This document shows, piece by piece, positions 59,331 through 64,000 of a stretch of DNA of 64,000 nucleotides. Under the pieces are notes generated by a model. It saw nothing but the letters and a program-made list of their open reading frames with translations, made no database searches and was not told the origin of the DNA. The stretch is from Mustelus asterias (lineage: Eukaryota), in NCBI RefSeq assembly GCF_964213995.1, contig NC_135813.1:97526001-97590000 (forward strand), read 5' to 3'. Position numbers and translations under genes: made by a program. Every line of letters begins with the position of its first letter. The stretch's first letter is position 1.

Positions 59331-60856
59331 GAGGAAGGGAGCCAGAGACACTCGCAGAGAGAATAGTTTCACACGGAAGGGACGGAGCAACATCCAGAGC
59401 AGCAGAAGCAAAGAGTTTTATTCACATATTCTCCAGATCTGAGAGTCGGTGTGAAGATAAACAGAGAAGACTAACTGCGCAGGAACAGAGCATCAGAAAA
59501 TATTCTGCAGTTTAACTTTCCTGCACCTGTGCAAATACTGTGAGTTCATTCTGCTTTTGGTGGATTTTATTATTCTATTTCTGGTGTGTGAATTGGTTTG
59601 TTCTGAATCTCAGTCGCGATTTATGATAAATTATTATAAAAACCGGGTGGGAAAAAAATAAAGCAAAACATTTAAAATCTCAAACATGTTGGAGACAAAA
59701 ATGTGAAATCGGATGTTATTTATTCCAAGGGGGTTTTTCAACATTTGAAATCAATGCATTAAACATTGATTCACTCAAATTACAAAGGTCATGGCTTGTT
59801 TTTAATTAAAATAGTAAGAGGTTTGGGGTGAATTTCTGAGGGGTTCAGAATGGGTTACATTGAATCTCACTCATGATTAAAGATACAATCTGATTTCAAT
59901 GTGGGGACAGTGCATGAGAATATCATTGCAAATTGAAACAGCGAGAGAGATGTGAGTGAGATCAAAATTTCTGTCTCCCCGGGTAGATTTAGATTTTGGG
60001 CGGTCATTTTCATCTCAGTGCGGCCTTTAAAACAAATTAAGTTGTGAAGGAATTCTTCACAAATAACAATACTTTTATTATTCCAGGTTTAGAGACCTCT
60101 GCTGTTGGGTTTATTTAATTTATCAGGTTAGACAGTTATTCGAGTCACTCTTGTGGCATGAGGCGAGTATTGCAGCTGTGTACCCGATAGCCCCAATATG
60201 TTAACATTGATTCAGAATACAAGTTACACAAATATTTCTAATTCAGTTTCTTCCTCATTCAAAGTGGAAACGGGCAAAACATCGAAATGGCGCAGCTTTA
60301 AGAATGTGGGAAGGCTGGGAAAGGGTTTTGTGAGGAGTGGGATCATTGTTATTTCTTCACCCCTGAAATGTTTAACATCTCAGTTTGGGTTCTGCTCGGA
60401 TCACCACTGAATTCCACACCTCGGTACAACTTGGTCCAACATGGACAAAAGAATTAAATCGAGAGGTGAGAGTTACTGCTCTTGACAGCAAGGTAGTATT
60501 TGACCAAGTGTGGCCTCATGGCCCTGGTACCACATCGCCACCGGCTGCTCAGTATGTTCAGCGGTCCATGGCTTTGATGTATTGCTCCAGTTGGGAATAA
60601 AACATTGAAAGGAAGTCAGATTGAGTTGGGAATACAGTCAGTGTGAATTGCACAATATATTCTTTCCCTAGATTCTGTAACTGTCTGGACAATACATTGC
60701 ATGTTCAAAATAGTATTATGTGACTGATCACAATACGCAACATCTTTGATTTGATTTATTATTGTCACATGTATTAGTATCCAGTGAAAAGTATTGTTTC
60801 TTGCGCGCTAGACAGACACTGACATTTAGTCCATTTCTCAACAGAAATTTGACAAG

Positions 60857-61324
60857 ATGAGACTCCAGGTGAAGTTTTTGACCGGTGAGATTATTGAACT
60901 TGAGGTCGACCCTTCCATCCAAATCTCGGCTCTCAAGAAGATGATCTATGAAAAAACCAAGGTGCCCCATTTCCGTCAGCGCCTGATGGTTCAAAACGGA
61001 AACACAGTGGTTTTGAGAGATGACAAGCGGCTGTCTGACTACAGTGTCTCTCCCAGCAATGCTGTCATGCTGATTGTCACCAATGAGGAGCGCATGCAGA
61101 TATTCCTGAAGAATGAGAAGGGGAAAACATCTACATATGATGTTCTTCCCACGGAGTCTGTTCAGGATTTTAAAGCACGCGTACAGCGACAGGAGCGTGT
61201 CCCAACCGATCAGCAGCGTCTGATGTACGAGGGGAAACAGCTGGAGGATGGCCGCACACTCGCTGACTACAATATTCAGTCTGAAAGCACCATCTTTCTT
61301 ATGCTACGTCTGCGAGGTGGTTAA
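60857..61324 (+). CDS. ISG15: ISG15-like di-ubiquitin protein, copy 3 (155 aa)
   Basis: Intact ORF ending LRLRGG*. Confidence 0.9.
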   Translation: MRLQVKFLTGEIIELEVDPSIQISALKKMIYEKTKVPHFRQRLMVQNGNTVVLRDDKRLSDYSVSPSNAVMLIVTNEERMQIFLKNEKGKTSTYDVLPTESVQDFKARVQRQERVPTDQQRLMYEGKQLEDGRTLADYNIQSESTIFLMLRLRGG

Positions 61325-62946
61325 CTGCTTCAGCACCAATATGGAATTGGTGATAGATTTTACACAAGAACTACCATAAAGCCTATTGTACTTTTCACAA
61401 TGTTTCAATCTGTGAGGTTCTGGGTCTCAGACAGTAATTAATTGAAACTGTGACTATCACTCTTGGCTTGTTTGATTTATAACATGGGGATGTTTGTGTA
61501 TATGTCCGTGCCTGTCTACCAAGCAGGTCACTGCCTGCACTCATTGTCTACAGGAGGTGTGTTAGACAAAGCAGGGGAGGGCGTCCTTAAAACAGAAAAG
61601 TATTTTTATTTTATAAATGAGACCACAAAACCTTTTCCTTTGGGATATGAATTCAGTTTAGGTCCAAACTCAAGTCTGCTGGCTGTGGGAATCCTCCATG
61701 AAACAGGTTGTGTGAGTGTCAGTGTTAACCTAATGTATGTGTGCTCACAGCATAAACATAATTCCAGTTCTAATTCTCACTCAGGCTGATGCCACAAGAT
61801 AGTTAATATGAGAAATGGGACATTTCTTGTGGGGCACTGAAATTTATTGTATATAATGGATGGATAAAATGCTGAATAAAACTTTTCTCAGTTCACAGTG
61901 ATGTTAAATATCCTGCGAGTATTCCTTTAGTCTCACTTCATGTGACCAGATGTGTTTGTGTTCAAAATAGAAATGATTTCGTCAGAGTGCTTTGTCCATT
62001 GCAATAACATTATATATGGCTTGGACTGTTCATTTTGTCATCATATGCAATCTTACTTGAAAATAAAGCTGTTTCTTAAATTAAATTGCAGTTGAGTTGT
62101 TTTTTTTTGCCTGGTGAACATTTGTGAATTGGCACTGTCTGTGAACCTGTGTATCTTACATCAGAGATCCAAAGTTCAAACCATTTTCAGATGATTTCTC
62201 CTAACCCAGAGTTGAAAGGAAACTACACTGACTGATACACTGAGGACTCACTATGGTCTGGATTGAGATTAGCCTCAGTGCATTGAGACAATAGTAACAA
62301 TATCTAGGAACCAAATTAAGAGACACACAAAGGGCACAGATTAATTTCGGTATTGCTATTTGCCACTTGGCTGCAGCTGCTTCCTGTGTGATGTTCAGTT
62401 CGTACAAGATCCCACGCAGGGGTATCCCGTACGTGTAAGCTATAAATCAACTCTATTCTGAGGTCTAAGGTGTGGTCAGATACATCACTGGATTTTAACG
62501 GCAGTGATTTTACACTCAAGGAAGTGTTGGTTTGAGAGGCAGGTCTCCTGTGATTGAGGTCTCGAGTGGAATGCGTAAAAAAAGGTTAAGGCTGAGATTG
62601 GAATGGGGTGGAGCAGGGGAAAAGGACCTGAACAAGGCCGGAGAGGGCAGAGTTAGAAATGGACAAACTGTGAGTCTGTGAGGAAACAATCACAAAGTGG
62701 CGTCTCAGCACAAGGAGGGAATGAGCAACTTTCAAATAAATAACACACCAAAACTTCAAACTATATCGTGCACTTATATTAAAAACCAAAAAACACAAGC
62801 TAAATTGAATAGAGGAAAGAAACTTAAATGAATTAAGTGAGTAAAACAGGGTTAGGCAGAGAGGGCAGTGTAAGTGCTTTGTCACAACAACAGCATGTGG
62901 GAGTTTGTGGGCAGCATTGCAATTGCAGGCAACCACACACAGGAAC

Positions 62947-63478
62947 GGCCCTATTTTACCATTTTGATTCTAAATTCTGGGTGGACTAGAAACTGGGAGT
63001 GTTTCAGATCCGACTTTTAGACCTGTTCTCAGGCGCCCCCATACACACACTGCCTGAAAAAATATCAGCGAGTCCAAATCATACTACACAAACCTGTGGA
63101 TGGGGCTTAACGCACCCGACACCCTGCAGCTCCGATCGGCTGTGTGAGTATCTCTCCCCCCTCACCTTAAACCTATGCCCTCTAGTTTTAGACTCCCCAG
63201 CCTTTGGGACTCGAACTGCGCATGATGCTCTCCTGGGCTGGATAATGCCTCCCACTGGCCCCCACAGATATTGCCCCACCCCCCCACAACATTACTGACT
63301 GTCTTATGCCCCCACTCCCCACCACCCAGACTAATCAAGGGCCCCTCTCCCTTCCCCCCACTGATCTCAGGCAGTGTGCTAGCAGACACCCCTTCTCCCT
63401 CACTGATCTCAAACAGAGTGGCAGCAGACCCCCCCTTCCCCCTCACTGGTCTCAGGCAGAGTGGCAGCGCAGCCCTCA
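62947..63478 (-). mobile_element. PIF/Harbinger copy 4, terminal fragment
   Basis: TIR GGCCCTATTTTACCA at the same insertion site as 32021 and 46105; interrupted by CR1. Confidence 0.8.
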
Positions 63479-64000
63479 GGTAGATGAGGACAGTGCAGTT
63501 GATGTTGTCTACATGGACTTTAGCAAGGCCTTTGACAAGGCACCGCATGGTAGGTTGTAGCATAAGGTTAAATCTCATGGGATCCGGGGTGAGGTATCTA
63601 AATGGATACAAAATTGGCTTCTTGACAGAAGCCTGAGGGTGGTTGTAGAGAATTGTTTTCCAAACTGGAGGCCTGTGACCAGTGGTATGCCTCAGGGATC
63701 AGTGCTGGGTCCACTGTTATTTGTCTTTTATATTAATGATTTGGATGAGAATATAGGAGGCATGGTTAGTAAGTTTGCAGATGACACTAAGATTGGTGGT
63801 ATAGTGGATAGTGAAGAAAGTTATCTCCAATTGCAACGAGATCTTGATCAATTGGGCCAGTGGGCTGACGAATGGCAGATGGAGTTTAATTTAGACAAAT
63901 GTGAGGTGATGCATTTTGGTAGGTTGAACCAGGTCAGGACCTGCTCAGTTAATGGTAGGGCATTGGGGATTACAGAACAAAGAGATCGAGGGGTACATGT
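63478..64000 (+). mobile_element. CR1 LINE RT fragment
   Basis: VDVVYMDFSKAFDK...PQGSVLGP...FADDTK. Confidence 0.9.

Larger units (their letters stand above)
57890..63478 (+). repeat. Segmental duplication unit C (partial)
   Basis: Collinear with units A and B; lacks the intronic and 3'UTR V-SINEs. Confidence 0.9.

Overview
Vertebrate genomic DNA, almost certainly a cartilaginous fish (shark), judged from the V-domain SINEs, CR1 LINEs and Penelope-like repeats. It is an interferon-stimulated gene cluster. A six-exon OASL gene lies on the minus strand (ATG 13041, running off the left edge); it has an intact catalytic Asp triad and a tandem ubiquitin-like tail. It sits head-to-head with a plus-strand array of ISG15-like genes: one diverged single-UBL remnant (22207-22464) and three intact 155-aa di-ubiquitin LRLRGG genes (29550, 43634, 60857), spaced 14-17 kb apart by segmental duplication, each with an ISRE promoter and a 5'UTR intron. 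Main leads: (1) the last OASL exon and the ISG15 coding exon have their splice acceptor at the same position; (2) a two-copy ~300-bp element headed by U2 snRNA sequence; (3) a decayed, compact penton-like ORF suggesting an endogenous DNA virus relic; (4) a possible tail-less OAS isoform made by intronic polyadenylation; (5) almost only amino-acid-changing differences between ISG15 copies; (6) hammerhead-ribozyme-like motifs in Penelope-type repeats. All calls were made by eye; repeat boundaries are approximate.
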